A DNA stretch of 64,000 nucleotides from Octopus vulgaris (taxonomy: Eukaryota): assembly GCA_951406725.2 (NCBI GenBank), contig OX597819.1, forward strand, positions 100,006,001 through 100,070,000. Direction: 5' to 3'. Under the pieces are notes generated by a model that saw nothing but the letters and a program-made list of their open reading frames with translations, searched no databases and was not told the origin of the DNA. Positions 1-13,698 of this stretch are shown piece by piece (within the stretch, counting starts at the first letter, position 1; each line of letters opens with the position of its first letter). A program made the translations under genes and the position numbers.

Positions 1-730
1 GATAACACAAAACCAGGAAAAGATGCAAATGGACTGAAGAAAACTATATGTAGTCGAATGCTAACAAGTTTTAGGCACTCCGGCGTACAAGCAAATTTCA
101 TTCAGAATACATAAGATGAGAGGGTATTGCAATCTCAAAATCGGTATCGGTGTGTGATTTGGGTATCCACATGAGCTGTGAGGCATCTTTCCGTGTGCAT
201 ATTTCCAATGGTAACAATGTGCAGGCGAGTGTCTGGTTGGATTCTGAGATCATTCAGAACCCGGAAAAAGGAAATAATCTTCATATGGAGAACATTCATA
301 CTCAGTCACCCATTTTACTATTCCCAATTATGGTAATCAAAAAGCACGTTATTAACAGAAGAACTTGAGGAAATTCAGCGCCACTAGGGCAAGAACAAAA
401 CCGCTGTGCAACATATGGACTACTGGGAGAGACTACAAGAGCTAATGCTCTATTCCCTGAAGAGAAGACGCAAGAGATATGCAGTGATGCATATATATGG
501 AATATCTTGGCAGGTCCAGCATTCAAGTTTGGGATTGAAATCTGTACGAATCACCAAAGTGAACGCCATTGCATTGTACAAAAGATCCAATCCTCTTCCA
601 GAATGAGAAACCGCATCTGTAGCAGCAACATTTTAATACCTTACGAAAAGGCTTCAGGGATCTACGAGTTGTAACTGTGGATGCGTTCAAAGAACAATGA
701 GTCAAATTTTTATCTCATATACCATGTGAA
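1..730 (+). mobile_element. Decayed CR1/L2-group LINE, ORF2 C-terminal (post-RT) fragment
   Basis: Frameshifted translation gives DLGIHMS..F..HI, SGWILRSFRTRKKE, EEIQR, YWERLQELMLYSLKRRRKRY and VDAFKEQ*VKFLSHIP, the typical CR1/L2-group ORF2 thumb and C-terminal pattern. Many stops. Confidence 0.8.
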
Positions 731-944
731 CACGCATGTTTCATTCGGCCCTGTGCAGTTTACAGTTTCATAGGTTTCTTACAGAAACTTTTAAGTTGCA
801 CGAGATCGTATCACATTGTTTCAAATAATATATGTAAAACTAACTAAATGTGTCGAGTGCCTCTTTCTTTCGATTTTCCACTCACTCGTACACACACACA
901 CACACACACAGACGCACACACACACATATATATATACATATATA

Positions 945-1431
945 GGCGCAGGAGAGGCTGTATGGTAAGTAGCGTGGCACCGTAGGAAAGTGGCTTCTAC
1001 TATAACCTCGGCCCCACCCAGAACAAAGCCTTGTGAATGGATTCGGTAGACGGAAACTAAAAGAAGCCCATCGTATATATCTCTCTCTTACTCTCTTACT
1101 TGTTTCAGTCATTTGACTGCGGCCATGCTGGAGCACCGCCTTTAATCGAGCAACTCGACCCCGGGATTTATTCTTTGTAAGCCCAGTACTTATTTTATCG
1201 GTCTCTTTTGTTGTGCGTCAGTATTTGTCCTCCCACCCACCAACGCTTGACAACCAATGTTGGAGTGTTTACTTCCCGGTAACATAGTGGTTCGGCAAAA
1301 AGACACCGATAGAATAAGTACTAGGCTTACAAAGAGTAAGTACTGGGGTTGATTTGTTCGACTAAAGGCAGTGCTCCAGCATGTCCGCAGTCAAATGACT
1401 GGAACAAATAAAAGAATAAAAGGATAAAAGA
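945..1431 (+). mobile_element. tRNA-derived SINE family A, interrupted by an antisense family-A fragment
   Basis: Head GGCGCAGGAGAGGCTGTATGGTAAG...GACGGAAACTAAAAGAAGCCCATCG at 945-1075 and 3' half at ~1222-1431 ending ...CAGTCAAATGACTGGAACAAATAAAAGAATAAAAGG. Matches copies at 16426, 24845, 48018 and 58444. Confidence 0.85.
1081..1210 (-). mobile_element. SINE family A 3' fragment nested in antisense
   Basis: TTACTTGTTTCAGTCATTTGACTGCGGCCATGCTGGAGCACCGCC...TATCGGTCTCTTTTG is the reverse complement of the family A 3' part. Confidence 0.9.
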
Positions 1432-1984
1432 ATATATGTATATGATGGATGCACGCACATATAAGCTTGTTGAATTGTATAAGTGTACGTTAATGTTACA
1501 ACACACAAGGCCACACATCAAGATAAAAAGACATTTATTTCACTGCTTCTCACATAACTCCATACACGCATAACCTACATAGTTACCTATGTTTTGCTTT
1601 GTCTTGAACACACAGCGGTGGTTTGTGTGTAAGTGTTTCAGTGTGTTGTCCTGTTTTATGAATATTTAATAGTCATTATTGCAGCCATACAGTCATGCAA
1701 TATATAAACAGATAAGGCAAGGATCGTGACACATGCGCACACATACGTATATGCGTATGTGCGTCTGTGTCTTTATGTCTCGTATATGGGTACGCATCCA
1801 TAGATATTATTGCCTAGCTAGTTGTGTCTTTGTTTTCATGTTCTAGATGGTGTACTGTTGTATTTCTGTACTTTAATACCAAAGTTCAATCTGGCTGTAT
1901 GGCCATAAATAAAAAGGTTGGTGAGAATAATCACAACGTTTACACCAAACGAATAACAATCCACTACTATTTTTCTCTCTGTGG

Positions 1985-2507
<523 letters not shown>

Positions 2508-3004
2508 GGTAGTATTATTCATAGGTACCGCATGCTAGGAGGGACTCAAAACTACTAAAATAAACAAATTGTACCGAATGCAAAACTTCAAAGCAAGTCA
2601 TTTAAAAACAGAATTTAGTTATATATCACCTGTGATTTCGCAATCAATGCAGAATATGCATTCTATGCTCTTCAGTGTAACGAACTCAAGACATGTAAGG
2701 AAAAAACACAATATAGCATACTCAACAGCCAACCGTAGAATTCGCCGCAGCATGTACGAATGTTTATCTTTACATATCTATGAAAATGCGGGCTTTTCAC
2801 GCTAACTACTGATAATTTCTTATAAAGATTTTATCCTTAATTTTAAATATATATATATATATATATATAGTCTTCTTTCGAGAAGAATGTGTTTCTGTAT
2901 AAATGTGACCGTTTAAATTATGGTAATTTTCATTATAACGATATGGATGGATACATGCATACATATACCCACACATGTATATATGTGTATGTGTATATGA
3001 ATGT

Positions 3005-3712
3005 ATGTGTTATCTTAATAATTCTGATGCGAATTCTACTATCTTCTTACGCTATCTTTTTACTTTTCGTTTTTCTCTCTTTCTTTCTCTTATTCTTTTA
3101 CCTCATCTTTTCCCATTATTCTATCCTATTAGTCTTTCGTTTTTCTCTCTTTCTTCTGTTATCCTTCCACCTCCCCTTCTCCACCTACTGATTTTTTCCT
3201 CTCCCCTTTACAGTTCTCTGTCTCTCATTCTCTCTATATCACTCTTCCTCTCTTGCTCACGTGGCTCCCACGTGACCATCGGCCATCTTTCTTCTCCTAA
3301 CTTGTGATTTTTTCTTTGTCTCCATTGTAGCTGGATCAAGGAAAACGTGTTCTTTTCCGTCTCCTGTCCAAGCTAGATTTACGCGTTCACAACCACAACC
3401 TCATTTAGGCTTAGCAGCTCTTCCTGTTTGTTTTCACCGTCCTGTTTGTGTTACCAATTTTGACCCTCTGCAAAATTTCATATTTCACTTAATTTTCATT
3501 GTGGGGGCAACTGTTTTATCGAAAGCGTATTTTATTGTTAAATGTTCGATATACGAGAGTAGATAAACAGCCAGCAACTGATGAAGGGTCGATCTTTGTG
3601 TTATTTGTTTTGTTTTCCATTTGTGTCTTTCGTTGCTCGAAAAAGTAGTTCATATTCCATGTACACACACTTTATATTTTCTGTTGTAGACGTTTCGTGA
3701 CGTCCTGTGCCC
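3005..3712 (+). mobile_element. Penelope-like element 3' region (terminus type P2)
   Basis: Pyrimidine-rich tract, then GAGTAGAT...ACTGATGAAGGG and terminal GTGACGTCCTGTGCCCATATATG followed by (TA)n. The same terminus lies at ~39978 (attached to Penelope-like coding sequence) and ~59430. Confidence 0.6.
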
Positions 3713-3721
3713 ATATATGCA

Positions 3722-3777
<56 letters not shown>

Positions 3778-4029
3778 CAATGCATACATATGCATGTGTT
3801 TGTACATACATTTATACATATGCGTGTGTATGTATTATATATATATATATAATACATACATATGCATGTGTGTGTACATACATTTATGCGTATGCGTATG
3901 TATATTTTATGCATGCAGGTATGCATCTATGTGTGTGTGTGTGTGTGTGTGTTTATTTGTGTGCGTTTTTGTGTTTATTTGTATACGAGCATGTACTTGG
4001 ATATATATGTGTGGGTTTGTGTGTGTAGA

Positions 4030-4075
<46 letters not shown>

Positions 4076-4389
4076 TGCGTGTGCATGTATATAATATATA
4101 TGTGTGTATGAACATGTGTAAGTATATATGCATGCTTGTTTGTATGTATGTACATATATGCATGTCTGTGTGGATGTACAAGTATACCTATCCGATCGTG
4201 TGGGTTTTTCTCTCTGTGTTTGGGCGTACGGATTCCTTTATGTGTGTGTGTGTGAATGCGTCTGTTTGTGTGTACACGAGTGTTAATGTGTGTGTGTGTA
4301 TGTGTGTGTGTGTGCGCAAGTCCTCCTGAGTATATATTCATATAAGTGTATCTATGTCTACATTTCTGTATGTACGTTTGTCTCTTACA

Positions 4390-6940
4390 ATTCCTACTTG
4401 TATGTCTCTCCCAGTACCAAAGCTCACTAAGGTTATAAATTTGAGTCCCCCACCACAACAATAATCTTTGAACTGTGTGTTCAAATTGGGGAAACTCGCA
4501 CCAATAGTTCCTGTATATTAGCACACCAAATTGTCAACGGGTAAACTAATCTTCCCATCCTACTCAACAATTACAGCACCGTTTCCAATACCCATTAATT
4601 GCCTGCAGAAGTTCTCCATGTGCGCCTCACCACCTCACTGCACTCTCATGATTGTTGTGAGTTTCAACTTTCTAACCTTGCTCCAGACCTATGAAGATTT
4701 GATGCTCGCATTTACCTCATTTGCTCTTGTTCCCTTTGGAATGATTGGGAATGTTTGTCGAAAGTCTCCTGCAAGGAATACTGTTAGGCCGCCCATTAGC
4801 CTTGAGTTGTGCCTCAGATCATGAAGTAATCTGTCAAGAGCCTCAAAAGCCCCCTTATAACTCATCGTCACTTCATCCCAAATGATCAATTTGCACACGG
4901 TGAGAGTTTTTGCTTTTGTATTGCCACGACTGATATTACAGGTTGCTATGTCATTTTTTCCAAGGTCCAGAGGCAATTTGAAGCACGAATAAGCTGTGCG
5001 TCCGCCGCCTAACAGAGTTGTAGCTATTCCACTTGAAGCCACGGCAAATGCTTTCTGTTTATTTTGTTGCAGCTTCGCCAAAATAAGATTGATAATGAAT
5101 GTTTTGCCAGTTCCACTTGGAGAATCGAGAAAGAAGAGACTACCAGTCTCGATATGAGTGGATGAAACAGTGGATTCGAAGGCAGTTTTTTTTTATCTTC
5201 GTTCAATTTATGCTCATTATCAGCCACAAACTCTGTCATTTCTTCGACGTCATAATTGATCTGCCGTACATATTCGATGTCAAGGGTTTCAGGTGACACA
5301 GCTGATTGAGGTAGACCAAAAGCAGCAACTCCACAGCCACCCATGGATTTCACTCGGTTGTCTAGATCATTGAATACCTCGATGAAAATAGCCTCGTTGT
5401 ATTCGACCATTTCCGATGGGTTCTGATTTTGAATTCTGCGTAGTATATCCTGAATAGACGTTCATTAAAATGTTGTATGAACTGTAAATAAGCAATAAAT
5501 ATGATTTGCAAAATAAGTTTAACTGATACAGGGTGTCGCAAGGCAATGCGGTGTGGAAGTTTGGTTTCGTTTTTTAAAGATTTTAAGCATTCAAAGTATG
5601 AGTTCATTGTACTGGGACAAACATGAAATACGTTGTGGAATGAAAAATGTGTGTACTATCATCGTAAAATTTGAACTTGAAAAATGCAGAATTGTCGGAG
5701 TTATGGGCATTGATAATGTAATGAAATTTAATTGAAAACTCTGCATGCATTGGCAGAATTTAGTTATTTGGAGATGTTGAAAAAATGTCTATTAATGCAA
5801 TGTGTAAATTAATTACAGCAATATGTATATAACTGTTTAGATAATGAATTAGAATAGACGAAGAATAATTGATTTATTTTGTAAATATGAAACATAATGA
5901 ATCAGAGATTATTTGAGATGGCCATTGTCGTATAAGAGTAGCTTGTGAAGTAGAAGCACCCAGTCGTACTCTGACTCGTAGTGGCGTTTTAAAGGTGAAC
6001 TTCATGAAGGCTAGTTTATTAAAGGTAATATATGAATGTAGTATATATGTATAAAAATATATGGATTAAGTGTTAGAATAAAGTGCAATAATAACGCTCA
6101 CACTGACTGGTGGTCGCTGTCAGAAACTGCGTTTAACGGAGTTCTTGTTTTTATAACTATGGAAAAGCAGCCAGAAGGATAGACATATTGTTGAGAACAA
6201 ATGATTTCGTTGGAGGTCTGTTATCTCCATTCCAGGCTCTAGTGGCCTAGAAGAGGTTTGAAAGGTCAAGTGGCAAAGAAATTCTGCTTAGCGGAGGCAT
6301 CTGGGAAATGTACAAATGCTGTCATTCATAGAAAAACTATTGTTGTACCGTGAGAAAAGCGCTGTTGAATTGTTAAGGGAAATTTGGCAATCGAAGATCG
6401 AATCGACGCTATGGCTGCATGAAGCCACTACAAATACGTTGTAGAAAAAAATCTACTGTCATGGAGAAAGTGTAACTGTAAATATGCAGAATTATCGGAG
6501 TAATGGGCATTCAAAAGGGTATGTATGTATAAAGATGTATAAATGAAGAGATTCAAATTAAGGAAGCGCAATAATAATGTTTAGCAGTTCTAAACTGTGA
6601 GTAGTAAAATGCAGAATTAGGTTGGCTGATCACTGGTTCAAAGTAATCAAACATAAACAATGAAGTGGGTTATTTCCCTTGAGTGTTTAAAAAAAATATT
6701 GTGTTTGTGGTAGAGTTATTTCCCTTGGGTGTTTTAAAAAAAGTTATACAAGGTAGATATAAAGGTCCCTTCCACGGGCCGTATTATCGATTTTTTCAAC
6801 AATTTAAGTATGTCACGAGGTATCCAGACACGAGTTCTCTTCATGTGTCAAGTCTCATCAAAATCAATAAAACGATGTAGTAGGAGTTAGCTAACAACGC
6901 CACAGACAAACACACACCGAATTTCCACATATGTAGTATA
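4390..6940 (-). mobile_element. Internally deleted, decayed Helitron
   Basis: Helicase relic at ~4480-5410. On the minus strand, ~6940 reads like a Helitron 5' end (TATACTAC...GTGTGTTTGTCTGT...TAACTCCTAC...GATTTTGATGAGACTTG), resembling the start of the 61407 element. Continuity of the middle part is inferred. Confidence 0.55.
4480..5410 (-). pseudogene. Helitron RepHel PIF1-like (SF1B) helicase fragment
   Basis: Walker A-like DSPSGTGKTF, AVASSGIATTLLGGGRTAYSCFKLPL, LIIWDEVTM, MGGLTVFLAGDFRQTFPII and LTTIMRV motifs, with frameshift and stops. Confidence 0.9.
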
Positions 6941-7032
6941 TATATATATATATATACATACATAGCTTTCCGAAGTTATCATGTTTAACTTGATCTGTAA
7001 ATTACTGCATCGTGTAAATTGTCAAAGTATCA

Positions 7033-7134
<102 letters not shown>

Positions 7135-8149
7135 ATGTATAGCTTACCGAAATTATCAGGTTTTACTTGATTTGTATCTTTCGCCGTATTTCATTGCTAC
7201 TGCTTCATGTAAATTGTAATACATGATAGTTCAGTTTCAAATAGTTATATGTAAATATTTCGGTATCGTAACGTAAGATTTTTATGGTCGCCATTTTGAT
7301 TTTCTTTTCGGTTGCTGTAACACACTTGTTGTATTTAGTTCTCACCACTGAATAACATCCTGTCACGAATTATATATGATTTGTAGAGACGTTTTTAACT
7401 TGAGTAGATTTCAGTAAGCATCTTGAACCTATAGGAGAGAAGAAATCTACATCTTTATTTTTGCAAACCTTTATCTGGAGTTTAGTTTTTCATTTAATAA
7501 TAAATGCAAGGTTCGCAGTAATTTATGGTCTTCAGAGACTAAACAAATAATGTTAGTGTTTGTAAACTTCAATAAATCTTGCTAGCTGAAAAAAATTATA
7601 CTCCACAAAAAATGATGTTATTTCATGCACTTAAATATAATGCATCAGGGAGGTGTTACAAAAACTCCACCAGATACTTGAAGAAGCATAAGGAACAATA
7701 AAAAAAAAAATTTTCTGCTTCTTCTTAATTCTTTCTACCTATATGGAAAAGGACATTTCTTTTAAAGATGTATTACATAAGCCACTAATTCGTCGTTTCA
7801 CACCTTTTGTTAATTTTATTCTCATAGCTTTCTATGAGTATTTAGTACTATGTGTGGAATAAAAAAAGATATTGACGGATAGTCTAATAACTCCACCTCT
7901 TTTAACCTGCGAGGTACCTTTGGTTATTTGATCATGATATGCTTCTTTACAGACAGTAAAGCATAGCGCAGGCATCTTACAATTTCTAGAATAACCACAC
8001 ACACACACACACACAGAATTCACTCATGTTATGTTTAGTTTAATAGTATCACTATTTTAAGTTATCTTTGGGACAACAAATTTCGCTCAGGCGGGAAGCT
8101 GTTGTTAACCAAAATATATCCGTGTCAAAGAAACTGGTCCAAGAACTCT

Positions 8150-8301
8150 TCTGTGGTAAAAATTAGCTTACCAATCACATGGCTCCGGATCAGTTCCACT
8201 TAGTGGCACTATGGGCAGGTGTGTTCTCCTATAGCCTCCGGTCTACCAAGCATTTGATACTCCAACATGGCAGCAATTTAATGACCGAAATAGATAACAG
8301 A

Positions 8302-8305
<4 letters not shown>
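8150..8305 (+). mobile_element. Degenerate, internally deleted SINE family A
   Basis: Head-like TGTGGTAAAAATTAGCTTACCAATCACATGGCTCCGG...CTATAGCCTC joined to tail-like CTCCAACATGGC...AATGACCGAAA. Confidence 0.6.
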
Positions 8306-8362
<57 letters not shown>

Positions 8363-8365
<3 letters not shown>

Positions 8366-8477
8366 TTCCTGAGCGCCATACTAATACAATTGTTTGTTTG
8401 TATTCCACCTGCCTTCGTCTTTTGTTTATTTCCGTAAACCTGCCTTCGTCTTTTGTCTATTTTCATAAAGCTTCCCG

Positions 8478-8478
<1 letters not shown>
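8363..8478 (+). mobile_element. Short (TA)n-embedded terminus (type P1), probably Penelope-like
   Basis: TTCCTGAGCG..ATACTAATACA...CCACCTG.CTTCGTCTTTTGTTT is shared with 35361-35445. Contains an internal tandem duplication of ACCTGCCTTCGTCTTTTG and has TA runs on both sides. Confidence 0.6.
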
Positions 8479-8529
<51 letters not shown>

Positions 8530-8916
8530 CATAAAAAATGACAACAAAAGAATGAGAGCTCGATATTACGTAAAGAGAGGATTTTTTATATTTATAGTTT
8601 AGGACAATCAGTAATTTGCCATAGTACGCAGAATTTCAAATGCCGGAGCAAAGAGCTACGATGCATTTACGTCGGCTATTAATGGTAACAGACGCTATGA
8701 AAAACCGTTGAATAAAAGGGACGTTACTCTATCAAGTAGAAAAAATATAGAAGATAAAAGATACACGCAACCATATTCTCACAATGCATACGCATAAAAC
8801 CTCCTGCGTTCATAATGTCTACATACGTATGCACTAGCACATACACACACAACCATATATGTGCATGCATGTACTCATTTATATAAATGTAACCACACAC
8901 ACACACGCACCCATGT

Positions 8917-8959
<43 letters not shown>

Positions 8960-9074
8960 TGTGCACGCAAATTCATCCTCATATACACAAAGGTGTCATA
9001 TTGCATATTTGCATACATACATACATACATACATACATACATACATACACACACACATACATACACACACACAT

Positions 9075-9138
<64 letters not shown>

Positions 9139-9139
9139 G

Positions 9140-10552
9140 AGTGAATTCGTATTTCTCTCCAAGTTTACTATATTAAAGGTCACTTCGGATGAGTAAGGGG
9201 GCGTGAACCAGATAATTTTCCTGTCTATGTTTTCTTTTCTTTATTTCTGGCCTAATAGCAGGTGTGTAAGCTATTTCCTCTTTAAATCTACTAGCTTTAA
9301 GGGTTTTCTTATATAGTGGGGAAGTATTATTAAATATGTTTATATTGGAGGAGAGGCTAAAAATTCTCCTACTAATATTCTTAAACATTACGAGGTGCGT
9401 GGAAGTCTATCGTTGGGCTTTCTATAGGGGTTGTAAATATACTTTTGCAAATCCAGAGATACGTCAAGAAATTAACAACCGTCAAGCTGGTATCTATTGT
9501 TATGCTATTGTGTTTTCATAAGGTGAATAATATCCTTTCTTAATTGATTTTGCGCTGCTCCACTGGTATTCTTAACTAAAGCTAGAGTATCATCTCTATA
9601 AATAGCGAAATATAGACCAGGAAAAGCTTTTCCTTACGTGTCAAGCAAGAATAGCCCAATGAGATTGCATATGCCCGCTCCATCATAGGACCCGATGCTC
9701 ACATCGAAAGCACCCTCCGTGTCAGCCGTCTTAGCCCACTCAGTGTTCTTGCTGAAGAGTAAGGTCTTTCTAACGTGGAGGATTATATACTTATCTTGTT
9801 CACTAATCTCTGTAAAATCGCTTGGGAGTTTTCTAGAAATAGATGCGTAGAAATCTACAATATCAAATTGTGTAAATCTTGCTTTATTCTTATTTCTAAT
9901 TGCTTTAAACCAGCTATCAACTTCTATTGTACTAAATTAGTTTGCCCCTCTAACTTTAGCATCGATTTTTCTTAAAATTTCCTTACTAATTATACAAATT
10001 CCTGATTTTGCGGGGTTAATTAGTTTGCACTTAGGATCAGATAGGAAGTTCTTTTTATGGTCCTTAATAGTTATAAGGGCTTCTTCTTTTGGAAGGATCT
10101 CTATTTTTTTTTTTATCTAGCTGAAACCTAGCGTTATAAACATGTGGTCTGGCTTTAGTGTAATTACTAATAACATTGTTATGTAGGAGTTGCGAGTATG
10201 TGCTGTTGTCAACAAGGTATAAGTTCTCGGTTTTATCAGAAAAAAGTGGCGTTTTTTGGCACTTTTTGTGTTTTTGTCTTTTTTCTGTTTCTGTTGAAAG
10301 GTTTTAAAGGACTTACCAAAATTGATTTTGTTTATAGGCTTCAGTAGATCTGTTTTGAAGTCGTTTAAGTCTGTTATTTTGGGAGAGAATTTCTTAGATT
10401 TAATTTCATGGTATATGTTCTCTGTGATAAACTTTTCATTGTTGTACTTGAAGGGCTTCTATCTCATACGTTTAATAAGATCCGTAATTTTCTCCAGTAG
10501 TTTCTTAGAGTATAGTTCCCTGGATGATATAGGTATGATTTTCATTGAATAA
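9140..10552 (-). mobile_element. Penelope-like element, decayed N-terminus plus RT ORF (3' truncated before GIY-YIG)
   Basis: Minus-strand motifs YSMKIIP...LIKRMR*K, KDHKKNFLSDPKCKLINPAKS, FDIVDFYASIS, FDVSIGSYDGAGIC, NISRRIFSLSSNINIF and RKIIWFTPPYS are characteristic of Penelope/Poseidon-type RTs. Confidence 0.9.
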
Positions 10553-11460
10553 TCGAAGAGTCCTATCACATTCCATTTTGCTTTCATTTGTTGTCGGAAT
10601 CCCCTTCTGTTGGCTTCACTCATGAGCCAGCATTCCATTACTGTTCGGTTTGCCTCCCTATCCCACTTTCTTCCCAGCCTCTAGCTTTGTGCACAAGCAG
10701 TCTCTGGATGACGATTGGGCCTTCGCTGCTCAACCACAGGGCACCTGCCGGGCAAAAGTCTTTCATCTTTGTTTCCAGCCTCATCAATACTGTTACTTGA
10801 TACATTAGTATTATACATTTTCACTCAACACTGAGGTTTGTGTTTTAAGGTTAGCCACGGACCGGTATTTTATCGAGACACACCATCTCTAGTAAGATTG
10901 TCAACCAAGACTTCAGACCCCTTACTTCCCTTTGCATTTCTGTGTGTTATGGACCATGGGCATGATTTTCTCTAGAAGACAGATGAACATCAGTTATTCC
11001 TGTAACTTCATCCAAATATTGCTCCGGAGTTAAGACCCGATTCATGGTTCATTCGCCTTCAACACTGACAGGCTGTCGCCCCTATGACTAAGAAGTCCTA
11101 TTTACTCCAGTTTTTAAATCAGAGTGTCCCTTCTAGACAGACTCCCAACCAAGTCTCATGGGTTCTCTCTATCCGTTTTCAGAATGGTCATTCACTCTTC
11201 TGAGTTCCTCAGCCCTTTGCTGGGCTTTGCTTTTAATTCCTCAGAGTGTCGATAATCCACCCTCCTCACCAAGCAAGCTTACTGAGGTTGACAGTTTAGT
11301 CGTAGAGGACTTGACGATTTCACAACGCCTCTTGTTAATCATTCTGGATTATTATTTACTTATTCACTATTGTAATTCTACTGTTATTACAATAATCCTT
11401 ACCTAATTATTTACTTGTTTTACTATTATAGTTTCACTATTATTACTATAATTATATTAT
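10553..11460 (-). mobile_element. R4/Dong-clade LINE 5' UTR plus N-terminal coding fragment
   Basis: Aligns by eye with 44870-45487. ATG at 10818 gives ...RKWDREANRTVMECWLMSEANRRGFRQQMKAKWNVIGLF, the R4/Dong N-terminal motif. Confidence 0.85.
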
Positions 11461-11697
11461 TACTCTAAGACCTAGAGGTCCTAACATTGTGTCCCTTGAT
11501 TTCTTTAGACAACAAATGATGGCAGATTTACGGCTATTGATTTAGCTACTAATGTTGCTGCGGCGTTAAATGGGAGGGCGGGCATGTTGTGTCTATTAAT
11601 ACAGGCTGTTTGACTGGACTGGAAGTTGACAGGTCTGGCAGTGGATTGGGGGTAACTGGGTGGCGGCTTTTGAGAGGAGCGACGATAAGGTGGACAT

Positions 11698-12022
11698 TAA
11701 AGACTCCGCCGGTTACGACGACGAGGGTCCCAGCTGATACGATCAACGGAACAGCTTGCTCGTGAAATTAACGTGCAAATGGCTGAGCATTCCACAGACA
11801 CGTGTACCCTTAACGTAGTTCTCGGGGATAATCAGCGTGACACAGAGAGTGACAAGGCTGACCCTTTGAAATACAAGTACAACTCATTTTTGCCAGCTGA
11901 GTGGACTGGAGCAACGTGAAATAAAGTGTCTTGCTCAAGGACACAACGCGTCGCCGGGAATCGAACTCACAACCTTACGATCATGAGCCGAATGCCCTAA
12001 CCACTAAGCCACGCGCCCTCAC
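11698..12022 (-). mobile_element. Full-length tRNA-derived SINE family C with 12-bp TSD
   Basis: Minus strand has A box TGGCTTAGTGG, B box GAGTTCGATTCCC and TGTGTCCTTGAGCAAGACACTT. Flanked by direct repeat TAAGGTGGACAT at 11686-11697 and 12023-12034. Confidence 0.93.
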
Positions 12023-12319
12023 TAAGGTGGACATAGCATTGCAAAGATACAGAAATCTATTTACGACAAAGGAATCTATCTATGGAACATCACGTCGTAG
12101 TTAAGATATAAGAATCTATAAATGTTTCAAAGTTTTAGCAAACATATAGGCAATTCTCTAGAAAATATCTCAAATCTTTGAATCACTCACAATAATATTT
12201 CATAGTTTGAAGTAAGAGAAAAAATGGCTTACACATATTTGAGGAGCCGTTAAATAGCCATCCTATCATCGTGGCTGCTTACAGCAGTACTGAAGACCGA
12301 GTTGTCGTCGTCGTCGTCG

Positions 12320-12356
<37 letters not shown>

Positions 12357-12685
12357 ATACATACATACACTGGAATCACCTATAACGCCAGTGGCACAAC
12401 AGAGGCTGAGACGTTCAGAAACCAACAGCACTTGAGGTTTTCCATATATATTAACCTTCTGCTAAAAGCAAGTTCTAAGGAGAATTAGGGTGTCCTTCCT
12501 TTCCAGTGGCTCCCATGCTGTTAACCTATGGCTGGGATTCTAACAGATGCTACTTCTCCGGGTCAGAGTAAACTGAAAACAATTGTGTCTTACAGGCGGT
12601 TCGTCAACCCTCAAAAGCCTGGACCTTCCGAACGAAGTTCCCATTCTCGGATGCAGTTTAAAAATCATACCCACAACATATACAC

Positions 12686-12726
<41 letters not shown>

Positions 12727-12744
12727 CACTTACCTACACATGTA

Positions 12745-12811
<67 letters not shown>

Positions 12812-13217
12812 ATATATATATATATAATGAGTGAGGGAATTCCTGAGGTAGAACCAGTGACCACTATATCGTAAATATGGATGACATTAGGTAGCCTAAA
12901 TGGTGAAAGTGCACTAAATCGGCATACTAATAGACATATATACAAAGCATATATATAATTACTCACACACACACACACATTCATATATATGCATTCATAT
13001 ATACACATACACGCACGTAGAGGCAGAAAGAGGGATAGACAGACAGAGAGACTGACAGACAGAGAGGGTAGTAGTGCAGTTCCACGCTACATATACTTTA
13101 CATATGCTTTCTGTGTCTACAGATGGGTATTAAAGTGGTAATCTGTTTTAGAGATAGGTCTTTTAAGACTTAAGTTATTTCCCTAATGTATATTTTGACA
13201 TACACAAGCACTCATAT

Positions 13218-13254
<37 letters not shown>

Positions 13255-13394
13255 TATACACACATTCGCCTATATAGACAGTAACATACACACATGAACA
13301 TAAACGGGCATGCATGTGAGTATATAAAATTTATGTAATATACGCTTGTATGCGTATATCTACGTATACATATGTATGTATATTTATGTACCTG

Positions 13395-13425
<31 letters not shown>

Positions 13426-13631
13426 ATATGTGTTTGCATACACACACATAAGCATATACGTATGTACATATACATACACACACATACATATATGTATATA
13501 TGTATATATGTGTGTATATATACATGCATATATATTTACATACACACATATATATGCAAGCACACATACACACATACATATACCCATACATACATATATA
13601 TATATACATACACACACGCATACACACACAT

Positions 13632-13698
<67 letters not shown>

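Noticed and set aside
1360-1431. SINE A tail derived from the CR1/L2-group LINE at 1-730
   Set aside because: Plausible in principle, but that LINE copy lacks its 3' terminus here, so no shared tail can be shown.
3575-3645. CTGATGAAGGG as a complete hammerhead (also CTGAAGAAGGGG at ~59565, minus strand)
   Set aside because: No convincing stem II/GAAA/stem III closure downstream in either copy.
4689-5410. Host PIF1 helicase gene
   Set aside because: Intronless, frameshifted and truncated, with motif spacing and flanks that fit a Helitron RepHel.
11950-12022. tRNA gene (also the SINE A and B heads)
   Set aside because: A and B boxes are present, but there is no complete cloverleaf. Each is joined to a SINE body, in some cases with TSDs.
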